64,000 nt of DNA. It comes from Camelus ferus (taxonomy: Eukaryota). Below, one piece after another: positions 11,172-23,536 of this stretch (positions are counted from its first letter, which is position 1; each line of letters begins with the position of its first letter). The translations under genes and the position numbers were made by a program. The stretch covers positions 17,734,001 to 17,798,000 of the forward strand of contig NC_045697.1 in the NCBI RefSeq assembly GCF_009834535.1, given 5' to 3'. Under the pieces are notes generated by a model that did no database searches, had not been told where the DNA came from, and worked only from the letters and a program-made list of their open reading frames with translations.

Positions 11172-11684
11172 AAAAGACATCTGGGCTTTGCCAGTTGACA
11201 TGGCCTGAGAGAAACTTGGTAAAAGCTGTTAGAGAAGGTCTCCAGGCCTTCCTGAACCCAAGAGAATATTAGCAGTGATTTCTTCTGAGAAATTTACTGT
11301 TTGACAGGAGCTGATAACTGCTGCTTATTGAATTCCATTCATTCATAGCTCATGGGTTGATCCAATAAACATCTATTGAGCACTTTAAAAATTTATCTAT
11401 TGCGGTCCCTGAAGGTGGCATCCTCAATGAGGCTTCAGATTCCTGAAGCTTAAGCCCTGCCCCCAAAGAGCTGGCACTTAAGCAGCAGATAAATAACTGA
11501 AAGAAATGCAAGAAATCCTATAATTGCTATTGAAAAGAAAGGCATTTGGGGCTTGGTTAGTTGACAAAAACTGAGAGGAAATTAGTAGAAGGCATCATAG
11601 AAGATCTTCAGGTCTTTCTCGACCCAAGAGACTATTAGCAGCAATTTCTTCTTATAAATTCACTGTTTAACAGGAGTTAATAAC
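11172..11684 (+). repeat. Dispersed direct repeat pair (core 11232-11318 vs 11598-11684)
   Basis: Manual ungapped alignment gives 71/87 identical at offset 366 bp; weaker similarity extends ~60 bp upstream of each core. Confidence 0.9.
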
Positions 11685-13869
11685 ACAGAGGACCATGAAT
11701 GCACAGAAGACGAAGTGATTTCTTCTGGCTTGTACGGCGTGCCAGGCCTGCTCTCACTGGAGCTGGGCCGTGGTGGATGGGTGGAATCTGAACAGACAGA
11801 TACAAGGAGAGGGAGACTGCATGGAGGGAAGAGGAGAAGAGCCCCCAGTTACTAAGGACAGCAAGAATAGTAGCTAACACATCTCTAATGCCTGTTTGGG
11901 TTAGGCCCTTTGTGTAAGTTTATCTTACATAAAACTAGAACTATCTCAGCCAAGGTGTTTATATCCCCAACATACAGAAGAAGAGTCTGAAGCTCAGAGA
12001 GGTTAAGTAATTTGCCCTAGGCTGCAAAGGCAGTAGCTGATGCACGAGTCCAAGTTGAGTCATCTGACCAGCAAGTCCGTTCCCAACCCCACGCTGTCCC
12101 CTAACGTGGGTGAATTTGAGACTGATAACACCATTGGTCAGGGAGGGTTCCTAGCAGAATGAGGACGAGAAGGAGGCTGGGTTCTGGGGAAGAACAGTGG
12201 GTCCAGCCCTGCGTTGTCTGTGGAACATCTGGGTGGATGTGCCCAGGAGCCAGGTGGAGATTTGCACCTGAAATGCAGACAAGAGACTAGAGTTGGAAAA
12301 GTGTTTGGGAGAGACATTGGGAGAGGTCATTGCTGTGTTAGGAAGTGGAAACCTGTTTATTCACCTAGGGGAGCAGGGGGTCTGCTTGGAAAATGTGTCA
12401 GTAGGAGACTCCAAAATGTGTCTAAGTACCTTGTGAGAAGAGGAGCAGGGTATATTTTGCTGGGGGTGCGAGTGGGCTAGAAAAACAGGGAGAGAGAAGG
12501 AGGGACAGACACAGAGAGATGAAGGAGTCTCTGCTAGCTTTGAGCCCCTCCTCATGACTCTCCAGTCTTTGGGAGAAATACCAAAAGCACACATGCTCAG
12601 GATGAGTGGTGTGTGTGTGAGTGAGAGACAGAGAGAGAGAGAGCCTTTCGTGTCAGGCCCACACTGAGTCCAACAGAGCCTGTGTGCTTAGAGCAGAGGC
12701 CCAAGGAGGCGGCACCTGGAAAAGCCAAACGCCAGGAGTTTGCAGAAATCATGGGTGGAGCTCCGGCCTTTCACGGGCTGGAGATTCAAGTCAAATCTGT
12801 CAGGTTCTCCACGGAGCAAGGGGACCATGGCTGAGAGAAAACAGGGTAGGGAGGGAACTTCAGCCACCACTGAAGAAACTGCATTGGAGATCAAATCCAG
12901 TGAAGGGGAAGCAAAGGGCAGAACAGAGGGAGGCGGGAGCAACGTTGAGCAGACAGGACGAGGGGCTTGGCTCTGCCCCAAACCGATTGTTGGGTGTTGT
13001 AGAAATCAGCTGAGCACCCCTGGATCTCTTGTCCCCATATGGGAGTCCCAGACCCCATGGCCCCCAGAGCGTCTCAAGGGCTGATGCTTGGGGAGGCTGG
13101 GCAGGAAGGTAGGTACACCAGGAAGAGCTGTGTGTCCCGTATGCAAAGGTGGGGGTTCCAGGGGGGCAGTTTCCAGTGCTGTCGGGCGCGGAGACTGAGA
13201 AGGCCATGGACTTAGAGTCACCCATGGGTGTGCTGAGGGGCCGGGCCTCTGGGAGGGTAAGTGGTAGGGCCAGATCGCCCTTCTCCTGTCTAGGAGGTTA
13301 AGTGCCTTTGACTCCTTTTTTTAAAAAAGTGCCGAGCATAGGTGTGCTCAGCTGGGTAAATGCCTCTGTCCCTGACGTGTGTGCTTGGCAAGGCTGCCCA
13401 CTTGGCGAGGGAGGCACATTCTGTCCTGGCCGCTGACCCATTTCCCGGCGCCAGGTGACAAAACCCCCACTGCTCAAACTCATGGCTTCAGGGATAATTA
13501 GGTTCTGATCAAGCAGCTCCGGGGAGTGACGCTTCCCCTCCGAAACGGATGAAAGCATCCCAGGAGGCAGGAGGGCTGCAACTTCGTGCTGAGTCTCCTT
13601 TCTGTCCCTCTGACTTTGACCATCCCAGCGGGCTCCCCACAGTCCCCTGGCTGCACTGTCTCCAGCCAAAGAGGACACTGGGCACCTTCAGACACAAATT
13701 CATGAGCCCAGAGGGGCAGACCAAGGGAAGGCCCCCCTCTGCGCTGGTAAGCCCCTCCCCCACTCAGATGCTACCGACACTGAGCCAGCGTGGGCTCCCT
13801 TCACTGTCAATTCTGCCCTTGGGGAAACCAGTGACCCATTACTTCTGTTCCCTCAGCAGAGGCTCACCC

Positions 13870-14170
13870 GTCCCTTCATTCAGATATTTTCTCAGATGTG
13901 TCGTCTTCAGCAAGGCCTTCCCTGCCCCCACCCCATCGAAAATAGACCCTCCATCACCCTCCATCAGTTCACACAGCTTTTTCTTTGTAAGCAGTTCCCA
14001 TTGCTTGGCGTAGTATATCTTCATTGGCTAGTTTATTTGTTTAATATTGTTTTTCTCATCAGAATGTGGCCTCCATGAAGGCAGAGACCTCGCCTGTCCT
14101 GTTCTCTGCTACATCTGGGAGGCCTAGAAGAGCTCTTGGCAGTGAATAGTCTCTGGATAAATACTGGAGA
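13870..14170 (+). mobile_element. L2 LINE 3' fragment
   Basis: tcagcaaggccttccctgcc ... agaatgtggcctccatgaaggcagagacc ... ataaatactggagaatg. Confidence 0.7.
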
Positions 14171-15761
14171 ATGGGTGGATGCATGGATGGCATTGAGGCA
14201 GGACGTTTCTGGGGGAGCCCTAGGGCAGAGAGCATCTTGTTTGGTTTTCCGTGCCAGTCCCATTGCCCAGTGCAGCCCCTGGTACATCATATACTCTGAA
14301 ATATTTGTTGGGTGAATAAATAAAAGAAGGAAGGAAGGACCAATGTCCATTCCAGCAGCCCTGTAGTGTGACTGAGGAAGTGTCCTGAACGGCACTGGGA
14401 TTTGGAGCACCTGGAATGGGTACCAGTGAATAGGAACAACTGTACCAGGAGAAGTCAGGCACCAAATATGCTCTAAACCCCTGGAGTCACTTGGATGTTT
14501 GGTCTGAGAGGAAGAGGTTCCTGACATAGAGTGTGAAGGTTGGCTTCTCAAGTTTTATTTTCATCATAGAGTGATGCTTCAGCCCCAAATGACACTCTGT
14601 CAGTAACTGGCTCTGTGACCTTAACTGCCTAACAATTCTGGGCCTCATAAATTGTTACTTGGATGAATGAATGAATGATAACATTATGCGGTGGGAACTT
14701 TCAGTGGAGCATGGAGGTAGAGGAGAATTAGATCACATGGCAAATTAGATCATCTCAAAGATGTTCTTCGAGAGTTCACCATCAACATTCCTATTTTTCA
14801 AAAGTATAGAGCAAACTTCCCGACAAGTTAAGAAATCAGGTATATTTAAAAGCAGCAGGGCTGAGCTTGGAAATCAATATGCGAATCTGCTTCTCTCCCC
14901 CTTTCCTTTCATTCTGTCATTTTCTTGAGTCAAGTTCTCAGCTCATCCACGTTCTCAGCTCAGGGTGTTGGGTTCATATCCTGTGTCTGAATGGAGGGCA
15001 GGTGCCTCTTCTGAGCACAGAGGTTGGAATCTCGTGGGTCTTGCTCGGCTTCTACTCAATGTAATCCTCGTGGAGGTGTTGGGATTGTCATCTCTGATAA
15101 CCCACTAAAACCTGCCCCATTGCCTGCCATGAAAGGGGTGTCAAAGGGTACAACGGTGCCGTTTCATTTGATGGTGACTAGGGAATGTTTTAGTAACCTG
15201 AAACCACTAAATCAGGTAACAGGCTCATCTCATCTTCCAAGTGTGCCTGAATTGTTTACATCCGTGTTAATTAGACGAATTATTTATGCTATGCTTTCAT
15301 TTATACGCACCGTTCCCCCATAAACTGCTAACTTTCTTTTGATTCGTCTTCTTTATTCCATGTTCACGGTTTTGTTCTGCAGCTCCCTTCAGCGGCCAGG
15401 CGTGGGATTGCAGGGAGTAGCCTACCCCATAGGCGTTGAATGATTGTGTGCCAAGGGAATGTTTCCTTTGGGTGACTTTTGGCGTATTGTTACTGGGGAG
15501 GTTTCACGCAAGAGCTGTGCTTTTTATTTTTTTATTTTTTATTTTTTTTTGCCTGAGTGTTTGCAAAACCCATTCCCTCTGCCTGGAGCTCTCTGCCCTT
15601 CCACCTCCCACTTGCCCACTCTCTCATTTCATTAAGTCCTAATGACCCGCTAGCTCTCAGTCCAAACATGGCTTCTTCACGGAAGATTTTCCTGAACTCC
15701 CTCAGTAGGTCAGGACTCCCTGTCTTATATGCTCATAACACCTGTGCTTTTCTTCTAGAGA

Positions 15762-16640
15762 AGTGCTGTCCAATAGAAAGGCTATGCAAGCTACCTGTGT
15801 AATGTTTAACTTTCTAAGAACCACATTTTTTAAAAGTAAAAAAGCAAACAAGGTGAAATTAACACTAATAATGTATTTTACTCAACCCGAGTGTACCAGT
15901 TTCCTAGGGCTGCCATAACAAAGCAGCACAAACTGGGGGGCATTTTCTCATACTTCTGGAGGCTGGATGTCTGAAATCAAGGTGTCAGCCAGGTAGGTTC
16001 CTTCTGGGTAACATGAGGGAAATGTCTGTTCCATGCCTGTCTCCTAGCTCCTGGCGGTTTGCTGGAAATCTCTGGCATTCCTTGGCTTATAGACGACATC
16101 CCCCTCGAGTCTTCACGTTGTCTTCCCGCTTTACATGTTTCTTTATCTTTGCGTGGTGTTCTTTTGATAAGGACTTAAGTCGTCATGGATTAGGGACACC
16201 CCCTGCTTCAGTTTGACCTCGTCTTAACTAATTACATCTACAATGACTCTATTTCCATATAAAGTCGCATTCTGAGGTACTGAGGACTAGGACTTCAACA
16301 CGGGCCTCTTGGGGGACACAATTCAACCTATAACATCAAAATATTTAAAATACCATTTCGTCATGTAATCGACATAAAATTTATTGAGATATTTTTACTT
16401 TTCCTCATATTGAGACTTTGACATTTAGTGATGAATATAGCATACAGTGGTATAGTTTATACAGTGGTATAGTTTATATAGAACTGAATTTTCACTCAAA
16501 ATACTTCATCTGTACTTAGAGTTCATAAAATTTCCAGTTGAAAAAGCAGATTCACATATCCAGATTTTTCAAAACACACTTTAAAGTTTTCTAATAGCTG
16601 GAATGAATACCAAAAGACTCATTTTCCTTTGATATTTGCA
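15762..16640. mobile_element. hAT-Charlie (Charlie1/MER33-like) DNA transposon remnant, split by an MLT1 LTR
   Basis: Terminal gtgctgtccaatagaa and AT-rich Charlie body on both sides of the 15892-16335 insertion. Confidence 0.65.
15892..16335 (-). mobile_element. MaLR solo LTR (MLT1B/C-like)
   Basis: tgtaccagtttcctagggctgccataacaaa ... ggggacacaattcaacctataaca are the reverse complements of the MLT1 termini. Confidence 0.85.
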
Positions 16641-17300
16641 GAGGGTAGGCACCCAGCGGGTCTTTGATCCTGAAGGAATCTGTAATGAGCGGTGAAGGTT
16701 CTAATAATTCAGGTCGGTCACGGCCCCTCCTTTCTGTCCTGCTGTGTGTGGGGAGCGTCCCTTGCTGCCATTATCAGTCCTGTTTGTGACATTATACACC
16801 CTTGGGTTTTTTTGTTCCATGAGCCAATCTTTTTTTTTTTTTTTGCCAATTTGAGCTGAGTTTTCTGTCACTTGCTACTAAGAATGCAGACTATCCAGCA
16901 AACAAGATCTCATTACATTCTCATGTCAGGAATTACCGTTTCCATTCCACAGGAGTCTGAGGTTGAAAGAACTTAAGTAACATTCCCAAGTTCGCCCAGC
17001 CAGGAAGTGGCAACACTAGGTTCACCTCCATTCCTTTCTGACTCCAAATGCAGGTGACATTTCTCACAGTCCACATCACCTCCTAAGCGCAGGACACATG
17101 AGAACCAGACGAAGCAGGAAAGGCAAGAGAACGGTGAATCAAGGTGCAGAATGACAACGCCAAAGCACAAAGTGTAACAGGGAGCTTCTTATTTCCTGTG
17201 CATCAGAAATTGGAAATTAATTGCATTCATGTACATAAGCGGAGGTGAGAACTAAAAAGGGGAGGCTAAGTAAAGACTCTTTAAACAATGTGTTTTCATT

Positions 17301-17437
17301 GGGGGAGGGTATAGCTCAGTGCTAGAGCACATGCTTAGCATGCATGAGGTCCTGGGTTCAATCCCCACTCCCTCCATTAAAAAAAAAATTAAATAAATAA
17401 ATAAATAAATCTAATTAACTACCCCCCAAATTTTTTT
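17301..17437 (+). mobile_element. Camelid tRNA-derived SINE (Vic-1 type) with target-site duplication
   Basis: gggggagggtatagctcagtgctagagcacatgcttagcatgcatgaggtcctgggttcaatcccca with (TAAA)n tail. TSD aatgtg[t/c]tttcat at 17287-17299 and 17438-17450. Confidence 0.92.
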
Positions 17438-19169
17438 AATGTGCTTTCATGAGTTGGGAGGAATAATTAGAAATTATTGTGTCAAGTGCATGTACACAGG
17501 GGCCTGAAAGTACTGGAGAGTAGAAAAGACAATTTAAGGTTTTACACGATTCTAGCTTTCTCCCTGGATTTGCTCTTTACCCGACTAGCAGTTTTGCAGT
17601 TGCCAGTGGCCCTTTGTGAAGCCCACAGGAGATGGATCCATTAGAAAACTTACAGTGGGGTTCAGTGGGGTTCGTCCTCCAGCTCGGTAAATCATTTGGG
17701 AGCATCGGAGTGAAGTGGAGGGACTCTGAGGAAAGGAAACTGTTCATCCTGGAGGGTGGCAGGCCAGGCCAGGAGACGTAGCCTCCTCTCTAGCAGAGAC
17801 TGGGAGGCTGTTCTCACAGAAGATCTCACTAGTTCTCACACCCTTCTCCTGGATGGGGAAAGCGAGGCTCAGAGAGGTTAAGTAACTTGCCCGGGTCACA
17901 CAGCACACAGTGGGGCAGAGCTGGTCTTCACTGTCCTTCATAAGCTCAGAAATCTGCGAAGCCTATTGGTGTTTCTTTTTGAATTTCTTTCTTGCTTTCC
18001 TTTCTCTCTTCCCTCAGTGCTTCGTTTTGTCATTCTAACTTCTCCAGGCCTCACCACCTTGTGTTCTCATTGAAAGACCTGTGAACACTAACAAGTCTCA
18101 GATGTGTTTACAACCCAGTCCCCGATGGAGGACTCTGGAGCCCTGGAGATGTCAGAAAGCTTCATGACAGGAAGTTGGAAGGACACCCAGCTCCCAGTTT
18201 TGTTTACTGCTCTGTTAACTGAGTATTCCAGGACACTATGTCAACCTAAGCACCTTCCAGGGTTTTTAGGAGAACTGTTTTTTTCCCAGAACAACATGGC
18301 ACTTTGGGGCTTGCTGTAGCTGCTCTCCCATTTATGGCTGGGTGAACCTGAGCTCACCATTCTCTCTATCAGAGAATCAGTGTCCTCACCTCTAAAGTGG
18401 TCAAACAATAGTCCCAACCCCATAGGGGTTGTCAGGTGAATTATACTTAACACTTAGTTTTCCCCCTAATCATGCCCCCATCATGTAATGTGTATTTATA
18501 TCTGTGCTTTATACATTAAAAAAACAAATTTTATCACCCAAGAACCAGCTTTCACACTGAGAATCTGTGATCTGTAGCATCTTATATCATCTTTCTATAC
18601 CAGCCATTGAATCAAAGTTTCAGTGGCATCTATTTCCAAAGAAAATCATCAGTCCTGAGAACCTGATGAACAGATCACTTGTTTCCCAAGTCACGTTCTT
18701 CAAGGGTCCAGGAAACATGGGAGCAGACTGGAAGATCACTGAGCTACGCCCTTTTGCATGTTGAATGTGACACAAACCACACCTCTTTTTAAAGTTAAAA
18801 AATCTGTCCTCTCTGGCTTGCAGTGCAATCTCCTCAGCACTGGCAGTCTTGCTGGTTTGGTCTAACTGCCTGGACTTTTCACAGGCAATCACAGGCCTTA
18901 AGGACACACTCTCCTCTCTGGTATATTGAGAATATTATGTATAAACACATATCTTCTTGCTACTCTGTCCAGTGCAGTCCACAGGGCTGTGGGAGGGGGG
19001 AACAGGAAGTATCTCTTACTTTTGTTGTTGTTGTTGTTCAGCAGCCACAACCCAAGCATGCACAACAAGATTTAGGTAGTGACAATTTGTTAATTACAAA
19101 ATACCATAATTTGTGAATTACAGAAGTTTGTTTTCCCAAATTGGAAAAAACACTCTTGACAGGGGTCTA

Positions 19170-19760
19170 TTCATTCATTCCAACAGATATTTACTGAACA
19201 TCTGCTAAATGCCAGGCTGCATCCTAGGCCGGGGGGGATTCGGCAGTGAATGAGGCAGTGCACGTTCTTGGAGCTTCCCTGCTCTGGTGTGGGAGACAGA
19301 TGATATGTAAGTAAATGCGTGGGGATGAGCAGCAGGAAGGAAATACAACCAGGCAAGGGCTGGAGAGTCAAGAAGGGAGTGCTGCCTTTTAGGAGAGGCA
19401 TTTAATAAGGCGGGGTCATTTGAGGGATGGTTGGGAAGGTCATTCTAAGCAGAGAGATCAGAAGGCAAAGGGCTTGGCACAGAAAATGGCTTAGTATGTT
19501 CAAGGAACAGAAAGGTCAGGTGGCCAGCACAGAGAGATCAAAGTGGGAATGGGCTGGCTTGACAGCAGACAAGTCAGCAGGGGCCTCCCAGCCCACGGTA
19601 GGAAGATGGGTTCATTTCAGTGCCATGGGAAGTCCCTGGAAGGCAGGAGAGCGACCAGATCTGGCCAGTAAAGCAGAGAGTACACATAGCAAGTGAGAAG
19701 GGGAGCAGGCTGTAGAAGGGTCCCTATAGGACGTGATGGGGACTTGGACAAGTCACAGTA
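19170..19760 (-). mobile_element. L2 LINE fragment
   Basis: ttcattcattccaacagatatttactgaaca tail followed by purine-rich antisense L2 body. Confidence 0.75.
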
Positions 19761-20038
19761 CTAGGTTTGTGGTCTGGAATCTCTATTTTAAATAGTTACC
19801 AAAGTACTCAGTCTCAGCATTTTATATTCACCTGTTGTTTAACCAATCTTGAAGGCACTTACAATATAGATCAGTGGATATGACACATGAACATTAAACA
19901 TTTCTTAATGGCAGCAGGGAGTGCGGTCAGACCCAAAGCATGGTGGAGACAATGCCATAAGAGTTTAAACAGGTATTGAGTGCTTCCTCTCCTGAGCTAA
20001 GCATTTCATATGCTTCACCTCCTGCCTCCGGGGTATGT

Positions 20039-20340
20039 GCGGTTGGCCCTCTGTACCTGTGGGTTCTGCATCCACAGATTCAACCATGTGTATTTCTTGA
20101 ATTCCCAAAAGTTCCAAAAAGTAAAACTTGGATTGGCTGTGTGCTGGCAACTGTTTAGCATTTACATTGTATTAGGTATTATAAGTAAGAAAGAGATGAT
20201 TTGAAGGATACGGGAGGATGTGCATCAGTTATATACAAATACTGTGCCATTTTATACGAGGGGTTTGAGTATCATGGCATTTCGGTAACCCCATGAAGCC
20301 CTGGAACCAATTCCCCTGAAGATACCAAGGGACGACTGCA
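20039..20340. mobile_element. TcMar-Tigger MITE (MER2/Tigger3-like), inserted in a MIR
   Basis: Terminal inverted repeats cggttggccctctgtacc ... gataccaagggacgactg; internal gcatccacagattcaacca and atttacattgtattaggtattataagta. Confidence 0.8.
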
Positions 20341-21814
20341 CCAGTATCCCCAAGTGAGCAAGTGCAGCTAACGAGCTGGTAAGTGACAGCTGGTACGTGA
20401 CAGACCCAGGGTTTGAACCCAGGCCTATCTGACCCTCAGCTACAGTCCAGCTGGCCAGCTGATTCCTCTCCCACATGAAGGGTCCCTCCCAGGACCCTTT
20501 CTGGTCTAGGCTTCGTGAGTCAGTGGTGTTGTCCACGTTATCAGAGTCGGCAGGGGTTCTTGGCCCAATACAGAGGTCACTGAACATCCCTAAGAGAAGG
20601 AACTGTCTTCTTTACCTGTATATCCCACCGGCCAGCACACAGCCTGGCTCCTGGGAAGTCGTCAGTGCTCTCTGTTCAATGGGGGAAAGAATGAATGAAT
20701 GAATGCACAAAATCAAGCCATTCATTCTGTTCCAAACCAGAGGCAGGCTTGCCTCTTTTTAAATACATTGCTCAGGCACAGAATTAGCACGTAACTTGCC
20801 TGGAGGTGTGCAGTGGCTGGGTGGACAATTTTCATTCATTTATTCGAACACGAATGTGATAAATATTTAACAAATGCATGTCATGTATAAACTACTGTTG
20901 AGGCCTTCTCCCCTTCCCAAATAACAGAAAGCTAAGCCGGGGGGTGGGAGTGGGGAATTAAAAACCTGAATACAGCACTTAAAAATTTTGACTCAGGAGT
21001 TCCAGTTTGGATGCATAACCACCTGGACGACCTTGATCCACCGAGACTCACCTGCTTCAGCTGTGAAATGTGGCTAATTGTACTGCTTTCATTAGGTTGA
21101 GAGAGCTGATCACTCCCTCCTAGATTCTATATGGTTAAATTATATCAGTATTGCTGTTGCCACTGTTATTATTAGTGTATCGCTTGGTCTGAAAAGAATC
21201 TTCCTCCTTATCTTTTCCCTTTTTCTTTCTCTTCCCCCTACCCGTCCCTAGCATGCAGAAAGAAGGCTCTGCCGTTAATTAGGTTGTGAAAACTCTTGTA
21301 AATGCATGAGCTCTCATTTTAGAGAATCTCCTTTCCCACTTAACTGATCTGAATCAAGCCTGCTTAATTTAATGAAGACACTAAAGTCATAGCATTCGAT
21401 ATTTTATTTCTCTAATAAAGATCACCAAGTGATGCTAACCAACCCCCAAAGCAAAGAGATTGCTTCTAAGTATTCTAAAGGGCATTTGTCAGAATGCAGC
21501 ATGATTACCTGTTGAGTACAGGTATTGGATTAAATACCACCCTATAGATGGAAAGCCAACTTTGACACAAAATAATTGTAACATCATTTACGACAAAAAC
21601 TATGACTTGTACTCCTTTGGATTGCATGAAATCACTGCAATTATTTTCTTGGCCTTTTGACTTTGCACTGAGCTTTCACGGTGGAGAGGTACTTTGAGAA
21701 ATGAGTGAAAAAATACAGTGGGTCAGTTCGACCTGCTGTGTCAGCTGAAGACAGAATACATTGGACGGTTTCATCTTACCGTTTGAAATAGGAAGTTAAA
21801 AAATTAATTTTTTT

Positions 21815-22297
21815 TTTTTGCTTCTGTAAGAAATGATCACAATCTAGTGGCTTAAAAAGACATAAATTTAATATCTGACAGTTCTGGAGTTCAGAAGCTG
21901 TTTCACTAGGCTGAAGGAGGTGCTGGCAGGGCTCCGTTTCTTTCTGGAGGATTCAGAGGGGAGTCCCTTGCCTTTTCCAGCCTCTAGAGGCTGCCTGCAT
22001 TCCTTGGCTGGTGGCCTCTGCCTCCATCTTCAAAGCACATCACTCCAACCTCTGCTTCCAACATCGCATCTCTTGTTTTAGTCTCTGACTCTCCCATCTC
22101 CCTCTTATAAGGCCCCTTGTGATTACACTGGGCCCATCCGGATGATCCAGAAAAACCCCCTCATCTCAAAACCCTTAATTTAATCACGTCGAGAAAGTCC
22201 CTTGTGTCAAATAAGGTACCTTATTGACAGGTTCCAGGGATTAGGATGTGTCGCCAAATGTGGACGTCTTTGGGGAACCATTATCCCATCTGCCACA
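21815..22297 (-). mobile_element. MaLR solo LTR (MLT1C/D-like)
   Basis: gtggcttaaaa..cagttctggag..ccttgccttttccagcctctagaggctgcctgcattccttggct..gattacactgggccca. Confidence 0.85.
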
Positions 22298-22409
22298 GAG
22301 AGGAAAAGAAGAGAGAGGGATGATTCCAGATCTTCTAGGATGTAAGTAGAATGCCGTCCCATCCGCTAGAGCATTTTTCTTGAAGCGCATCTCCATGACA
22401 GGATCCAGG

Positions 22410-22824
22410 TCCTGGGCAGCTTTGTCCTCAATCAGTTCCTCGTCTTTCCCCTGCTCTGCGGTCTAGAGGCAGTTTCCCGGCTCCCACTACGTCAGGGGGA
22501 GAGGGACTGAAAGGGTTGGGAGGGTGGAGCAAGGGGGAGGCGGGGCTATTTCCTCCCTCCCTCTCCACCTCCCCAGCCGCGTCTCCCGCAGCAGCCGCAG
22601 CCCCTACACACAGAGCCCGGCACGGTTCCCGCGTCACCCCGGGGAGGCTGACCTGCCCCCAGCGACGGGCATAGCTTCCTGCTGCTGCTAATCTCGGGAT
22701 TCCCTCTCTGCTTCCTTTGGCCTTCTTGGCTTCTCCCCCAGTGGTGTAACAAATTCCTGCCTTACTTTCCGTCTCTATAAAAACCCAGAGTGATTTGTTT
22801 CCCTAGTTGGTCCCCGATTGATAC
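22410..22824 (+). mobile_element. ERVL LTR, LTR33-family-like, unusually CpG-rich
   Basis: 3' end gcttcctgctgctgctaatctcggg...gtgtaacaaattcc...agagtgatttgtttccctagttggtccccgattgataCA resembles the LTR33-group terminus. Confidence 0.6.
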
Positions 22825-22958
22825 AGATGCGGAGGAATTCTTGGGGGAAAAGAGACACTTCTTTCAATGATACCGTCGCTGCTCAAATGAGTTCTGAAAT
22901 TCCTTTCTCTTTGGCAGTTGTCTTAAAACCAAGTTTTCAAGCCCCCGCATAGAACCAG

Positions 22959-23536
22959 AGTATTAATTTTTGGGGGCTGCCGTAACAAATTCCCACAAAC
23001 ATGGTGGCTTCAAAGAAAATAAATATATTGTCTTAGTTCTGTAGGCCAGAAATCTGAAATCAAGGTGTCAACAGGGCAGTGCACCATCTGAAAGAATTAA
23101 GAGCAAATCCTAAATATGAAAACGAATATATGCGTGACTGGGACATTGTGCTGTACACCAGAAATTGATACATTGTAATTGATTGTACTTCAATAAAAAT
23201 AAATAAATTTAATTTAATTTTTTAAAAAAGGAGCGAATCCTTTGTTTGCTTCAGCTTCTACGGGCTCCTGGCGTTCCCTGGCCCATGGCTGCATCACTCC
23301 AATCTTTGCCTCTGTCTTCACATGGGCTCCTCTTTGCTGCCTCATATCTCCCTCTTGTGAGACATTTGTCATTGAATTCACGGCCTACCAGGATATTTAT
23401 GGATGCTCTTATGTTAAGAAACTTACTTCCCTCTTCAAAAACCCTTCTAAATAAGGTCACATTCAGTTTCCTCAGATTAGGACATACACATACCTCTTTG
23501 AGGGGGTGGGATGGGGACATCATTCAACTCACTACA
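22959..23536 (-). mobile_element. MaLR solo LTR (MLT1) interrupted by an L1 3' end
   Basis: gggctgccgtaacaaattcccacaaac ... ggggacatcattcaactcactaca. Confidence 0.8.
23112..23230 (+). mobile_element. Short 5'-truncated lineage-specific L1 3' end with TSD
   Basis: gactgggacattgtgctgtacaccagaaattgatacattgtaattgattgtacttcaataaaa plus tail. TSD gagc[a/g]aatcct at 23101-23111 and 23231-23241. Confidence 0.85.

Noticed and set aside
17301..17375. tRNA-like sequence with A and B boxes (also at 10681 and 59653)
   Set aside because: These are SINE heads: A-rich tails, a TSD and no intact acceptor stem or cloverleaf.
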